A DNA stretch of 64,000 bases from Squalus acanthias. Taxonomy: Eukaryota. The position numbers and the translations under genes are program-made. The DNA is taken from assembly GCA_030390025.1 (NCBI GenBank), contig CM059433.1:8682001-8746000 (forward strand). The letters are read 5' to 3'. The notes under the pieces were generated by a model, which worked only from the letters and a program-made list of their open reading frames with translations, made no database searches and was not told the DNA's origin. Shown piece after piece: positions 49,403-62,370 of this stretch; within the stretch, counting starts at the first letter, position 1, and each line of letters opens with the position of its first letter.

Positions 49403-50476
49403 GTTACTTATGTGCGTTCATGTTTTGAAAAGTAAAATCACTTGATACGCAAAATTTAAAATGAGATCTGATGTGATGCTCTACTGCTTTCAAGAAGTGA
49501 AGTGAGGTCTTAGGGAGGCATAAGTCCAGACGTTAAAAGCAGTTACCAGAAAGGGCTTGCTGTTCGTTTTCCTGGGCATGTTACCAAATGCTTACCGATT
49601 ACTCCAGGCAAAGATGGACACTCTCAAAGCAATTGGAAGATGGGACTCACCCATCAGAACCGTAGAGCCACAGAAATTTATAGCAAAGATCATTCAGCCC
49701 GAGGGCCAGCTCTTTGCTAGAGCAATCCAAAATAAATTCCACTGCCCTGCTCTCTCCCCATGTCTCCTGACTTCCCGCTTCACTCTCTAAGTGATCCTTT
49801 TCAATTTATGAACCCTTGTCAGTGACGCCAAACCAGAATAAATAGTCTTTCCCTATTCACTGTATCAAAACTCTTCACAACTTTAAAATCCTCAATTAAA
49901 TCTCCTGTTAGCCTTCTCTGGTCCGTGAAAATAATCCCAGTATCTCAAGTTTCTCCTCATAACTGGAGTTTCCCATCCCTAGCGTTATCCTGGTGAACTT
50001 AAAATACATGAGCTAAAATAATCTTGGGTATAAAGGTTAGAAAAGACCCAAAAATGTCATAGAAACTAAGAATAAATGATGATTTTAAAAAGTAAGATCA
50101 GTGACACAAAAGGTAGAAGTAATCTGAGCCAACAATTTTGCTTTCATCGCTGTGATAGACTGAGAATGCTGGCCAAAGCTTAGAACTCTGGGACTCTAGA
50201 GCATGGCACAAAAAAAAAGAGAACGAGGATATCAGGAAAAGACAAAGGTATAAGAGAAAGGGAGGAGCAAACGGTTTGGTGATACCACAAAGTTGTATGA
50301 TATAAGAAGGAGTAAGAGTAAATGTACACCTTGAAGAGCTGAAGATTGAATGAAAGCAGAGGGAATAAAAAGGGGATATTGGGGTTCACCAGCGAGAGGA
50401 GAAATTAGAAAAAGGAAAATAAAAGGTCACAGACTCCAGCACAGAAGAGAGAAGATAAACAGTTTAGCTTTAATTT

Positions 50477-50941
50477 AAAATAACAACAGAAAGCGCTGGC
50501 AACACTCAGCAGGTCAGGCAGCATCGAGCAGAGAGAAACAGAGTCAACGTTTCGGGTCGAACCCTTCGTCAGAACTGGAAAAGGTTAGGGAGGAGAGATT
50601 TTTAAGCAGGGGCAGGGAGGAGGGGAGGAAAGAACAAAGGGAAGGACTGTGATGGGACGGAAGGCAGGAGAGATTGACTGACAAAAGGGATGATGGTGCA
50701 AGGGGCAATGAAGATGAACAAGGTTGAAGAGACGAACGGAAATCCCGTCGGAGAGAAGAGCAGAACTTCTTCAAGGTGGGCATTCCTAGCAGAGAAGTGG
50801 CAGTGAACCGAACACTAATACAATAGCAAAATACTGCAGATGCTGGAAATCTGAAATAACAACAGAAAATGCTGGAAACCCTCAGCAGGTCAGGCAGCAT
50901 CGAGGAGAGAGAAACAGAGTCAACGTTTTGGGTCGAACCCT
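50477..50941 (-). mobile_element. Penelope-like family B, internally deleted, two direct terminal repeats; hammerhead at 50542-50576
   Basis: Repeat at 50477-50580 and again at 50822-50941; core CTGACGA-A-GGG ttcga CCC-GAAA-CGTT. Confidence 0.8.
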
Positions 50942-51455
50942 TTTTAATTTAGTTGTAATTTAGACTGATTGTGGTGATTATATTGAACAGACTGCCCGTG
51001 GAGACAGTGGAGGTAGAGAGTGTCAGCAACTTCACAAAGGAACTGCAGAGATATTTGGCAGAGAAATCTATTTGAGACTGAGGTGAAGTAGTGTATGATA
51101 TTTATTGAAGTTTTGGGATGAGAAAGACCACAATAGTCTCCTCGAGTCCAGTGAGTACAGCATATGAGAGGCAGAGGATATTTTCTGGAATGTGGGACCA
51201 GTCTGATGAACCATAATGTTTTTTTCCTTCCCTGCATGTTTCTATGTGATTGAGTACAAGTCCTGTCTTATAACATCAGAAGGACAAATTAAGAGGAAGA
51301 ATTTAAGAAACAAGTAAAGAATGGAAATAAGAGAGAAGTACAAGAGAAAGAAACAGGACCTAAGCTAAAATTCATTCAGGGGAGAAGAAAAGACACGAGG
51401 CTCTATTTTGACTTCCGGTCGGCTGCCTGTACCGGCAGTGAACAGGTCCCCGTGA

Positions 51456-51792
51456 TAGAAACATAGAAACATAGAAAAGTAGAAGCAGGAGTAGGCCATT
51501 TGGCCCTTCGAGCCTGCTCCGCCATTCAATATGATCATGGCTGATCCTCTATCTCAATACCATATTCCCGCTCTCTCCCCATACCCCTTGATGCCTTTTG
51601 TGTCTAGAAATCTATCTATCTCCTTCTTAAATATATTCAGTGACTTGGCCTCCACAGCCTTCTGTGGTAGAGAATTCCACAGGTTCACCACCCTCCTGAG
51701 TGAAGAAATGTCTCCTCATCTCAGCCTTAAATGTCCTACCCCGTATCCTGAGACTGTGACCCCTCGTTCTAGACCCCCCCGGCCAGGGGATA
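51456..51792 (-). mobile_element. CR1/HER1-like 3' end
   Basis: Reverse complement of 29690-30015. Confidence 0.9.
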
Positions 51793-52071
51793 TTTGAGGC
51801 CCCGGCCTCATTTAAATCTGGCAGGCGAGCTGTGGGCTGCCAAACAGGCGACCCGGTAGGGCTCGCTGAATTGAGGTCTCAAAAATCAGCCCAGTGCGAC
51901 CGCCAGCAAGGTAAGTTGTGGGGGTGGGTGATGTGGTCGGGGGGGCGGGGTGGCGTTGGAGGAGGTTAGGGGGCCCCAGGTGACAGCGGCCCATATTATT
52001 TTTGTGGGGCCCCCGAGGAGCACTTCCTTACAGATCAACCCAACTGGCCAGAAATGAATGTAAACACAAGT

Positions 52072-52846
52072 TGGCTGAATTTTGCCAATGGGGAGCTTTT
52101 GGAGGCGGGACTCCCACTTGTCAGGTTTCAGTCCCGCCTCCATCAACTTCTGGCCAACCCACACTATTTTCCCTTGATTGACCTTGTTAAGCCCGCCCAG
52201 CGGGCTTAGCAGGCCAATTAAGGGAAAGCCGGTTGCAGAGAACATCAGCGTATGACAGATGAATTGTCATCGTTTGACAGCTCTGTGAAGCTGTCAAACA
52301 CTGACATTCTCTGTAGTTTGATGAGTTCTTGAATTCAAGACCTCATCAAAGCTCTTTCTTTTGCAGAAATTAGATGGTTGTTGCATTGGAGAATGCAATG
52401 GCCATCTGTCATCTCTGTCGCGGAGGTGCGAGACTCTCCGCATACCCACCGACTGAAGCCTGCAGGAAGAAACAAAGGTAAGTAAACTTTTTCTATCACT
52501 TTCCACTTACCTCACATACTCACCTCTCCACACTTGCACCCATCACTTACCTTCACAGCGCACTTTTGCACCTCTCCGTCCCCCGCAGACCCACTGCTCG
52601 CCTCGGTGACCCTGGCGGGGTTCGCAGCCTTCGGGAAGCCCGCACTTGTGTGGGTAAAATGGGGATAATCCTCTTATCTGCCTGTTAACTACCTGTAAAC
52701 AGGCAGTTAAGTGGCTGTAATCCCCTTCCCGCCTCCAAGGAGACAGGACCCGGCGTGGGTCGGCTACCCACCTCCTGGCAAGGTGGCCATTTTCCCGGCA
52801 GTCCCGCCTCCATACCCGCCTCCCCAGGGCTGGCAAGATCGCGCCC
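52072..52846 (-). mobile_element. Harbinger-type MITE, inverted relative of 42132-42845
   Basis: Long reverse-complement matches at both arms and in the core. Confidence 0.85.
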
Positions 52847-54403
52847 ATGCTTTCAGTAAGATCTGTAAGAATTGCTGCAAGAATCACTCTTTCTGTTGAC
52901 CCGTTTAATAAGCTTTGCACTTGAGGCACAGCCCAGCAACCACCTATGGCAAGTTTTTAAACGGCCAACGTTCATGGAAGAAAATGACGCAGAAGGTGTT
53001 TTGACCCCACCTCCGTGACCTTTCAATGCAAATTTAATCGCTCACGTTTTCAGGTGGTTTCTTCCCACCTGTGCATCCCCCCTACCCCTGCCCCGCCCCC
53101 CCCCACCCCCCCACCACCACCAAAATGCCCACCATTCTCAAGAAGGGTGGGTTACCTGGCTTAACGGGTCGCTGAAATAGGGATAATTCAGGAAACGGGC
53201 ACTAACGGGGAGTTCCAATGAGGACATTTTGTCGCCGTTTCTCAATTCCCATGAGCAATGCTTTAGGGGATCAACCAATATACACAGGCCAGCTGTAATT
53301 ATTCGGCTTGTGTTCTGGCACTGGGTGGTGTGGAGATGGAGGACATAGCTGGATTCTGTTCTTCCAAAGTGGCTCCTGGGAAAGGTAGTCCCAGTTGAGT
53401 TGTTATCCTACACGCAAGGAATAAATTAAATGTATTGGAGATAAGAGTCACTTGTCACATGTTGTTGGGCAAGTACAAGGCCTGAAAGTCGTGAAGAATG
53501 GGAGAATGTCTTTTTTCAGTCATTAATAACCAGCTAACAAAATATCTGGACGCCATTGTTTTGAAACGCAATTCCATCAGAGGGTTGTCAATTTTGGGAG
53601 AAACACAGGTATTCTCCCTTTTTTTTGTCGTTGAGGTGACATTCACTCCAGCAACGTTTGAATGTGAGGCGTTCACCTATCCGGCACGCGCTGAGGGTAG
53701 AACCAACGCCATCTCAGAGTTATTTTAAATTGCCTCCTGAAACGCCCGTAGAATTGTAATGAAATCTCGTACGCTGGGTGGCCGGGTTCTGACTCCTGGA
53801 GTTAGCTGCTGTTTTATTTTTCCCAAAGAAATGGTGTCATCCCTTTACCATAATTAACTTGATGATTTCGCCATCAGCAGGAAATCGCTGGCGACGGCTG
53901 TGTCCAGGTTCAGCGGCAGTTAAGTCGGAAGCCAAGTTGGGCAACTGGTATCGCAGCTGTTCTCCTCAACCCATGCATTAACGTTCAGTGAACTCGATTC
54001 CTTGATAAGGATCATAGCTCCCCACATTTATCAGTGCCACGACAGACTACTATAGCTTTAGCTGTAATTTAAAAATTGATTTTTTTTTGGAGAGATAATC
54101 TATTTTTAATAAGAAAAAGTAACGAGAATTCCTTCCTTCCGTTGGGGCCCAATTCTTGCCCCTCCCACCCCGCTGCCACAATTAATTCCATCACTAGTGT
54201 GTGAAAGCAGGTGGCTTACTCCAAGCTCCCGTTCAAGGGCACTCTGCAAATAGCCGCCTTGTTCTTGCTTTTTTTAAATTCTCTGTGCCTGTTCTAGATA
54301 CCAGCTCACAACAACCGCCTTGTTGGAGATCAGGATCCTTCCATGTGGAGGAGCAATGTGAGCAAAGTCCTATCCTATTCCAGCCTGTGGCTCAGCTAAG
54401 TGA

Positions 54404-54739
54404 CACACCCTCAAAGCCTCCTTGGAAAAAGTGCAACATTCCCCCACCGACACCTGGGAATCCCTGGCCCAAGACACTGGCCCAAAGTGGAGGAGAAGCA
54501 TCCGGGAAGGCGCTGAACACCTGGAGTCTCTTCGCCAGGAGCAGGCGGAAGCCAAGCGCAAACGGCGGAAGGAGCGCACGTCAGCCCAAGCACCCCACCC
54601 ACCCGCCCTTCAACCACCGTCTGCCCCACCTGTGACAGAGACTGTAGGTCCCGCATTGGACTCATCAGTCACCTGAGAACTCATTTTTAGTGTGGAAGCA
54701 AGTCATCCTCGGTTCCGAGGGACTGCCTGAGAAGAAGAA
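54404..54739 (+). mobile_element. RTE-type LINE 3' end
   Basis: DTWESLAQD..WRRSIREG; (GAA)n tail. Confidence 0.9.
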
Positions 54740-55399
54740 TACCAAGACACAGGGCTAACCTTGGAGCCCTGACCTTTAAGCCGTATGAATTATTGAATTC
54801 ATTCAGTGCCACACCAGGCAAGCTGGTATAAATATTTATTCTCCTATACCTGCTGCTCGCTGGGATTTTATACAGCTGTTTTTATGGTCACATCCATGTG
54901 TAGCATTGTATTCACTCCAGAGTCCAGAGACTGTCTCGCAAAGCATTGACCGCGCACCTCTGTTTTTCTGCCCAGGAATCCAAGTTCAGGATTTCCCTTG
55001 GGGAGGTTCATGCCCACGTATTGTGCACTCTTCCATATATCTGCTCAGTTCTGTTGTTTGAGTCAGCCCTTCAGCTCCCACCTTTCAGGAGCGCCCTGGG
55101 GATTTGGAGTTGGGGCCTGTCAGTGTGGAGTAACTGACTTGTTTTCACACTGGCCCGATGCCTCTGTTAAAGTGAGACCTGAAGGTGTGCACAAATTTAT
55201 GCAATTGTGATTTGTGTGGGAACTGGCACAGATTTATTGGGCAGTATAGGCTTTGCCCTGTATTTAGTGCACATGAATATGCCTCAGCACATCTACCCAC
55301 AATGGGCAGAAGCGATATTTTGTTTACAGTGCAACTCAAGCAAATCAGGTGACTGGAGAATTGCATGAAATACATAGTACAGAATGGGGATGTGACAAT

Positions 55400-55622
55400 A
55401 GGTACCGGGGAATCCACTCCTGTCCACAAAAAGCAGGACAAATCCAATCCGGCCAATTACCACCCCATCAGTCTACTCTCAATTATCAGCAAAGTGATGG
55501 AAGGTGTCGTCAACAGTACTATCAAGCGGCACTTACTCACCAACAACCTTCTCACTGATGCTGAGTTTGGGTTCCGCCAGGACCACTCGGCTCCAACACC
55601 TCATTACAGCCTTGGTCCAAAC
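55400..55622 (+). mobile_element. Non-LTR reverse transcriptase N-terminal fragment (probably LINE-B)
   Basis: PVHKKQDKSNPANYHPISLLSIISKVME..FGFR. Confidence 0.8.
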
Positions 55623-55625
55623 ATC

Positions 55626-55875
55626 ACTTCACTCAGAGCGTGGTGAACCTGTGGAATTCTCTACCACAGAAGGCTGTGGAGGCCAAGTCACTGAATTATA
55701 TTTAAGAAGGAGATAGATAGATTTCTAGACACAAAAGGCATCAAGGGGTATGGGGAGAGAGCGGGAATATGGTATTGAGATAGAGGATCAGCCATGATCA
55801 TGTTGAATGGCGGAGCAGGCTCGAAGGGCTGAATGGCCTACTCCTGCTCCTATTTTTCTATGTTTCTATGTTTCT
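55626..55875 (+). mobile_element. CR1/HER1-like 3' end
   Basis: Near-identical to 29766-30015. Confidence 0.9.
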
Positions 55876-56110
55876 ACTACATTATTACACAGCCAACCCA
55901 AATCAGTAACCATGTGCGAATCTCTCTAAAATGGACTTGGTTACACCAGAACCAATTCAAAAGCTGTGATTTGCATACGTTGTACTCCGGTTTTGAAGGT
56001 CCAATTGGGGCCATCTTGGAATGGATCCAACCTCTGTGTGCCAGTTTAGCCAAGGCAGTAGACTTTTTCTCTGTTGATGTGAACCAGATTAACCTACATA
56101 GTTTCCCAGG

Positions 56111-56569
56111 GTGTCAGCTATGGCTCAGTGGGTAGCACACTCGCCTCTGAGTCAGAAGGTTGTGGGTTCAAATCCCACTCCAGGGACTTGAGCACATAAA
56201 GCTAGGCTGACACTCCAGTGCAGTGCTGAGGGAGTGCTGCACTGTCGGAGGTGCTGTCTTTCGGATGCAATGTTAAACCGAGGCCCCGTCTGCTCTCTCC
56301 GGTGGATGTAAAAGATTCCATGGCACTATTTCGAAGAAGAGCAGGGGAGTTCTCCCCAGTGTTCTGGGGCCAATATTTATCCCTCAATCAACATCACTAA
56401 AAACAGATTATCTGGTCATTATCACATTGCTGTTTGTGGGAGCTTGCTGTGCGCAAATTGGCTGCCGTGTTTATAACACTGACTACACTTCAACAAAAGT
56501 ACTTCATTGGCTGTAAAGCACTTTGGGTCGTGAAAGGCGCTATATAAATGCAAGTCTTTCTTTTTTTTT
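56111..56569 (+). mobile_element. DeuSINE, full length
   Basis: Head, core and tail present. Confidence 0.9.
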
Positions 56570-57134
56570 ATGGTCACCGTGGCCCAACATGTTCTTGAGA
56601 CACGGATGTGAAACGGCTGTGAGATCAATGGAGGAGGCGCAGAAAATTGTGTAGGACCTGGAAATGCGAGTTATCAGTCAAGAAGAGTAGCTGTGGGGTA
56701 TTCCTTCTAGGGCCTGGGGTTGGGTGGTATTCCTGTCTGCACCCTCCCTGTAGAAGGCCCATGACATCAAAAGGAGGTAAGGGCAGCCTCCCCCACCAGC
56801 ATTCTCACAGCTACCATCTCCTGAGCAGTGAGCAATCTGGATTCAGGAAAGAACTGGAGTTCAGATCTTTGGAGGGGAGTACATAGGGCCTACCAGGAAG
56901 TCTAGGCCCAGGTCTTTTTCTAAAACACCCCAGACGAAGACAACTAGCAGCATCGGGTAAATTGACCCCCTTTAAAAGGCGGCCGATTGCCAATTTACAG
57001 TGTATTTTACACAGGATTAACATTCAAAGCAATTCCAACACAATCTGCTATCCACAAATCATGGGTTCTTTTCAGACCTTTACCTGAACCAGATTTCAAA
57101 AATACTTACCTACATAATAGAATCGTTGTCTCTT

Positions 57135-57995
57135 AGAACCTAAGAACATAAGAAATAGGAGCAGGAGTCGGCCATTTGGCCCTTTGAGCCTGCTCCGACA
57201 TTCAATGAGATCATGGCTGATCTTCTACCTCATCTCCACTTTCCTGAACTATCCCCATATCCCTTCATTCCCTTAATATTCAAAAATCTATCGATTTCTG
57301 TGTTGAATATACTCAATGACTGAGCCTCCACAGCCCTCTGGGGTAGAGAATTCCAAAGATTCACCACCCTCTGAGTGAAGAAATTTCTCCTCATCTCAGT
57401 CCTAAATGGCCAACCCCTTATTCTGAGACTGTGACCCCTGGTTCTAGACTCCCCAGCCAGGGGAAACATCCTCCCTGCATCTACCCTGTCAAGCCCTGTA
57501 AGAATTTTGTATGTTTCAATGAGATCACCTCTCATTCTTCTAAACTCGAGGGAATATAGGCCTAGTCTACTCAATCTGTCCTCATAGGACAATCCCCCCA
57601 TCCCAGGAATCAGTCTGGTGAACCTTCGTTGCACTCCCTCTATGGCAAGTATATCCTTACTTAGGTAAGGAGACCAAAACTGTACACAATACTCCAGGTG
57701 TGGTCTCACCAGGGCCCTATATAATTGCAGTAAAACGTCTTTACTCTTATACTCAAATCCTCTTGTAATAAAGGCCAACATACCATTTGCTTTCCTAATT
57801 GCTTGCTGAACCTGCATGTTAACTTGCAGTGATTTGTGTACAAGGACACCCAGGTCCCTCTGAACACCAACATTTCCCAATCTCTCACCATTTAAAAAAT
57901 ACTCTGCTTTTCTATTTTTCCTACCAAAGTGGATAACTTCACATTTCCCCACATTATATTCCATTTGCCATGTTCTTGCCCACTCACTTAGCCTG
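57135..57995 (-). mobile_element. CR1/HER1-like LINE 3' fragment with open ORF2 end
   Basis: 244-aa ORF nearly identical to 36090-36815. Confidence 0.94.
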
Positions 57996-58420
57996 AGACC
58001 CTTTTATATTCCCTTCAAAAAAAACTCTTTTCTGGGGAGGAGATTATAATAAATTCATTGCCCGAAATAATCTAAACTTGCAAAAATTTCCTAAAATCCA
58101 ATTCATTTTCTGACCTGGTACAATATTAAGTTTTTCAAGGTGTGCGTATTGGTGCTATATACACAGAACGTCGTGTTGCAGTACGTTCACTGTCAACATA
58201 TTTATTGATTAGTTGTGACGTCTTAAAGGGGAAATTACTCTGGGGAGCTGAGGGTGAGGGGGATACCACTGTAAAAGAAACTCCTACCTAGGAGGAAATA
58301 TCTGTATTTTCGGCCTACTTCTTCATCCTTCTCCTCCCTAGGCAAGAATATAACCTGCTGAAATCAGAGGCATGGAAAATCAGCGACAGCTGTTGCATTT
58401 TGCCAGCTTAGATCCTAATA

Positions 58421-60900
58421 GCAACAACAACAACAACAACAACAACTTGTATTTTAATAGCGCCTTTAACGTAGTAAAACGTCCCAAGGCGCTTCACGGG
58501 AGCGTTGTCGAACTTAATTTGACACCAAGCCACATAAGGAGATATTAGGGCAGATCAAAGGTGTAGGTTTTAAGGAGCATCTTAAAGAAGGAAGGAGAGG
58601 TAGAGAGGTGAAGAGATTTAGGGAGGGTATTCCAGAGCTTAGGGCCTCGGCTGCTAAAAGCACAGCCGCCAAATGGTGCAGCGATTAAAATCGGGGATGT
58701 GCAAGAGGCCAGATTTGGAGGAGTGTCGATATCTCGGAGAGTTGTTGGGCTGGAGGAGGAGCCAGAGATAGGGATAGCGAGGCCATGGAGGGATTTGAAA
58801 ACAAGGATGAGTATTTTAAAATCCAGGTATTGCTCAACCCGGAGCCAATGTAGGTCAGAGAGCACAGGGGTGAAGGGTGAACGGGACTTGGTGCGAGTTA
58901 GGACACGGGCAGCTGAGTTTTAGATGAGTTTAAGTTTATGGAGCTTGGAATATGGGAGGCCAGCCAGGAGCGCATTGGAATAGTCAAGTCTAGAGGTAAC
59001 AAAGGTATGGATGAGGGTTTCAGCAGCAGATGAGCTGAGGCAGGGGCGGAGTTGGGCGATATTACGGAGGTGGAAATAGGCGGTCTTAGTGATGGAGCGG
59101 ATATGTGGTCGGAAGCTCATCTCGGGGTAAAATACAGCACCAAGGTTGTGAACAGTCTGGTTCAGTCTCAGATAGTTACCACGGAGAGGATGGAGTCGAT
59201 GGCTAGGGAACAGAGTTTGTGGCAGGCACAGAAGACAATGGCTTCGGTCTTCCCAGTATTTAGTTGGAGGAAATTTCTGTTCATCCAGAACTGGATGTCA
59301 GACAAACAGTCTGAGAATTTAGAGATCGTGGAGGGGTCGAGTGAAGAGGTAGTGAGGTAGAGCTGGGTGTCATCAGCGTACATGTGGAAACTGACGCTGG
59401 GTTTTCGGATGATGTCGCTAAGGGGCAACATGTAGATGAGAAATAGGAGGGGGCCAAGGATAGATCCTTGGGGGACACCAGAGGTAATGATGCGGGAGTG
59501 GGAAGAGAAGTCATCGCAGGTGATTCTCTGGCTACGATTAGATAGATAAGAATGGAACCAGGTGAGTGCAGTCCCACCCAGCTGGACGACGGTGGAGAGG
59601 CGTTGGAGAAGGATGGAGTGGTCAACCTGTGTCAAAGGCTGCAGACAGGTCGAGAAGGACGAGGAGGGATAGTTTACCTTTGTCACAGTCACAAAGGATG
59701 TCATTTGTGACTTTGATGAGAGCCGTTTCGGTACTGTGGCAAGGGTGGAAACCTGATTGGAGGGATTCAAACATGGAATTGCGGGAAAGATGGGCACGGA
59801 TTTGGGAGGCGACAACACGTTCAAGAACTTTGGAGAGGAAAGGGAGGTTGGAGATGGGGCGGTAGTTTGCAAGGACTGAGGGGCCATGGGCTGGGTTTTT
59901 GAGGAGGGGGATGACGACAGCGGATTTGAAAGGGAGGGGGACAGTACCTGAGGAAAGGGAACCATGAACGATATCAGCTAACATGGGGGCCAGGAAGAGA
60001 AGTTGGGTGGTCAGCAGTTTAGTGAGCTCGGAGAGGGCATGAGGGGAATCGGAGAGAAACTAGAGACAGATGTGAGTTCAGGGCTAGGGTAGCGGGGGGA
60101 ACCTTGGAGGAAGTTTGGCCTGGTGGGCCAGGGGAAGGGAGGGCAGATGTAGCTGAACAGATGGTGACAATCTTAGTGACAAAGAAATCTATGAGCTCCT
60201 CGCATTTGTTGTTGGAGGTGAGGGTGGAGGAGGCAGGGGAGACGGGTTTAAGAAGATGGATTGTAGTGCAGAAAAGCCGAGTGTTATCTTTGCATTCCAG
60301 GATGATCCTGGAACAGTGAGCAGTTTTGGCAGAGGAGAGCAGGACCCAAAAGTGCTTTATGTGGTCCAGCCAGATCTGGCGGTGAATGGCTAATCCAGTT
60401 GTCCACCATATCCGTTCAATTCTGCATCCCTTGGACTTAAGGGAGCGGAGATGAGGGCCATACCAGGGGGAATGACCAAGGTGAGAGAGAGTAATGGTTT
60501 TAATGGGACTAGGGCATCAAAGGTGGAGGTGAGGGTGTGGTTGAGCAGATCGGTAGCTGCAGAAATGTCATGGTGAATGGAGGGCCAAAGGCCGGACAGT
60601 TGGGGATTTTGAAAGTGCAGCTGTAAGAAATTTGGGAGAGAGTTTCTTTCCGGGGTGGACACAGAAGGAAGTAGGGTTGGGAGGGAGAAGGGGGGATGTG
60701 GGTGGAGAGCGATACAAGGAAGTGATCAGAGATGGCCTTACCTGTGATTGACACGTGGGGAGTAGCGAGACCGCGAAAGATGGCAAGGTCGAGGGGGGGT
60801 GGCCGTGAATATGGGTTGGGGGAGTTTACATGGAGGGAGAGATTAAGGGAGGATCGGAGGGCAGTGAACTCAGAGGAGAGAGAGCAAGATGAATTGAGCA
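58421..60900 (-). mobile_element. L2-type LINE, long frameshifted ORF2 fragment
   Basis: [51 protein letters not shown] and LHWL motifs; (GTT)n tail. Confidence 0.95.
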
Positions 60901-62370
60901 TCCAGGAGCAGTCCAGATACCACGCAGCAGGATTTACAGTGGAGCCATTCGCTTCATGATTATCAGTGCTGTTCTTGGTGGGGTTCTTCCTGCGAAGAGG
61001 GGGAACCAGAAATGATCGTCTCCATGTGGGGAGGGCAGGGGCGGGGGGTGAACAAATTACACATCCAAGTATCTCCTGCTACATGGGCCATTTATACTTA
61101 CTTTTATACTGGCACTTGTGTAGATCAGATTCCAGCATTTACACGATTACATTTCTCTTTTTTATTCCAGTGGCTGAATTGTGGACCCATGAAAATTTGG
61201 TCTACATTCCCACCGTCAGGGGGTCAGTGAGGCGAACTTAGTTGAGCAGTTAGTAGGAGCTGGTTTACAGATGTCTGTTTGCCCGAGCCCGAACTAAAGA
61301 AGCACCAGTTTAAAAATAGCGTGGCAAATTTTTTTCCCGAGTTTTTTCCTCTGTGAAGGCCGAGCTAGAAACACTATTTAATATTCCCTTACAGTAATGC
61401 TCCCTTATAATGGTCATTTCACTGGATTACTCGATATGGTGACATGGGTGGAATGAGGGGTTGTCACTGTTTGTCAACAAGATCAGGAGATTTTCTTGAA
61501 AGATTACAGGATTAGAAGAGACCATTACGGTCCATCTGGTCGGTTCCGAATTTGAAAAGATGCTACATTCTACTCAATCTCAGATACCCCTTGACATGAA
61601 TCTTGTCATTCATGGGAAATGACTTATGACATAATACTGGGCGGCCTGCTGGTGGCGCTGTCCAGGGAGAGTATAAATACTCAGGCATGGGCCCAGCTTG
61701 CTCAGGACATTCTTTAACAGGAACTAGTGAAGGACACAACTAGACCTCCATGTTGTAAAACAGTTGATTAAAGCTTTGTTTAACGCTTAGACCAAGTGCC
61801 TAGTAGTTTTCTTACGTCACCCCCTCTGTGTAAACAATCTAGAGAAGTCTCAATTGTTGGTTCACCTGCTCTCTTCCAAGCTTCAGTCTGTGCCCTCTTG
61901 CTGTGGTCTCTAGTATGGAATGGGGAAGAGGAACCACAGTGATTGGCTGTAAGGTGGCACTGCACGCAATCTGCCATTCAACTCTGACCCTCACGCTATT
62001 GCTGTTGGAACATTCTTCAATCAGTGCATCAACGGGTGCACTTTAATTTAGGGGAGTGGGTGGTGGATGGAAGCATCAGTGGGACTCCTCATTGAACTCA
62101 TCCAAATCCATACGGTCTGGAGTGAGTATTTCAACCTCTACCAAATTGTTAGAAAACTTTTATTCAGTTAATGTTCGAATTTAATTTGAAGACCATTTTT
62201 AACACCAAATATAAATAAAATCGTTACTATTCTATATGTGAGCTTTTTTGGAAATTGTAACCATAAGATTAAATGATTGGTGCTTCTGTCGATCTTTAGG
62301 GTTAAGGACATTTGTTGAATGCGTTCGTGAAAGCTGAGGCTGCAGCAGGATTCTTGTTTACTGACACTAT

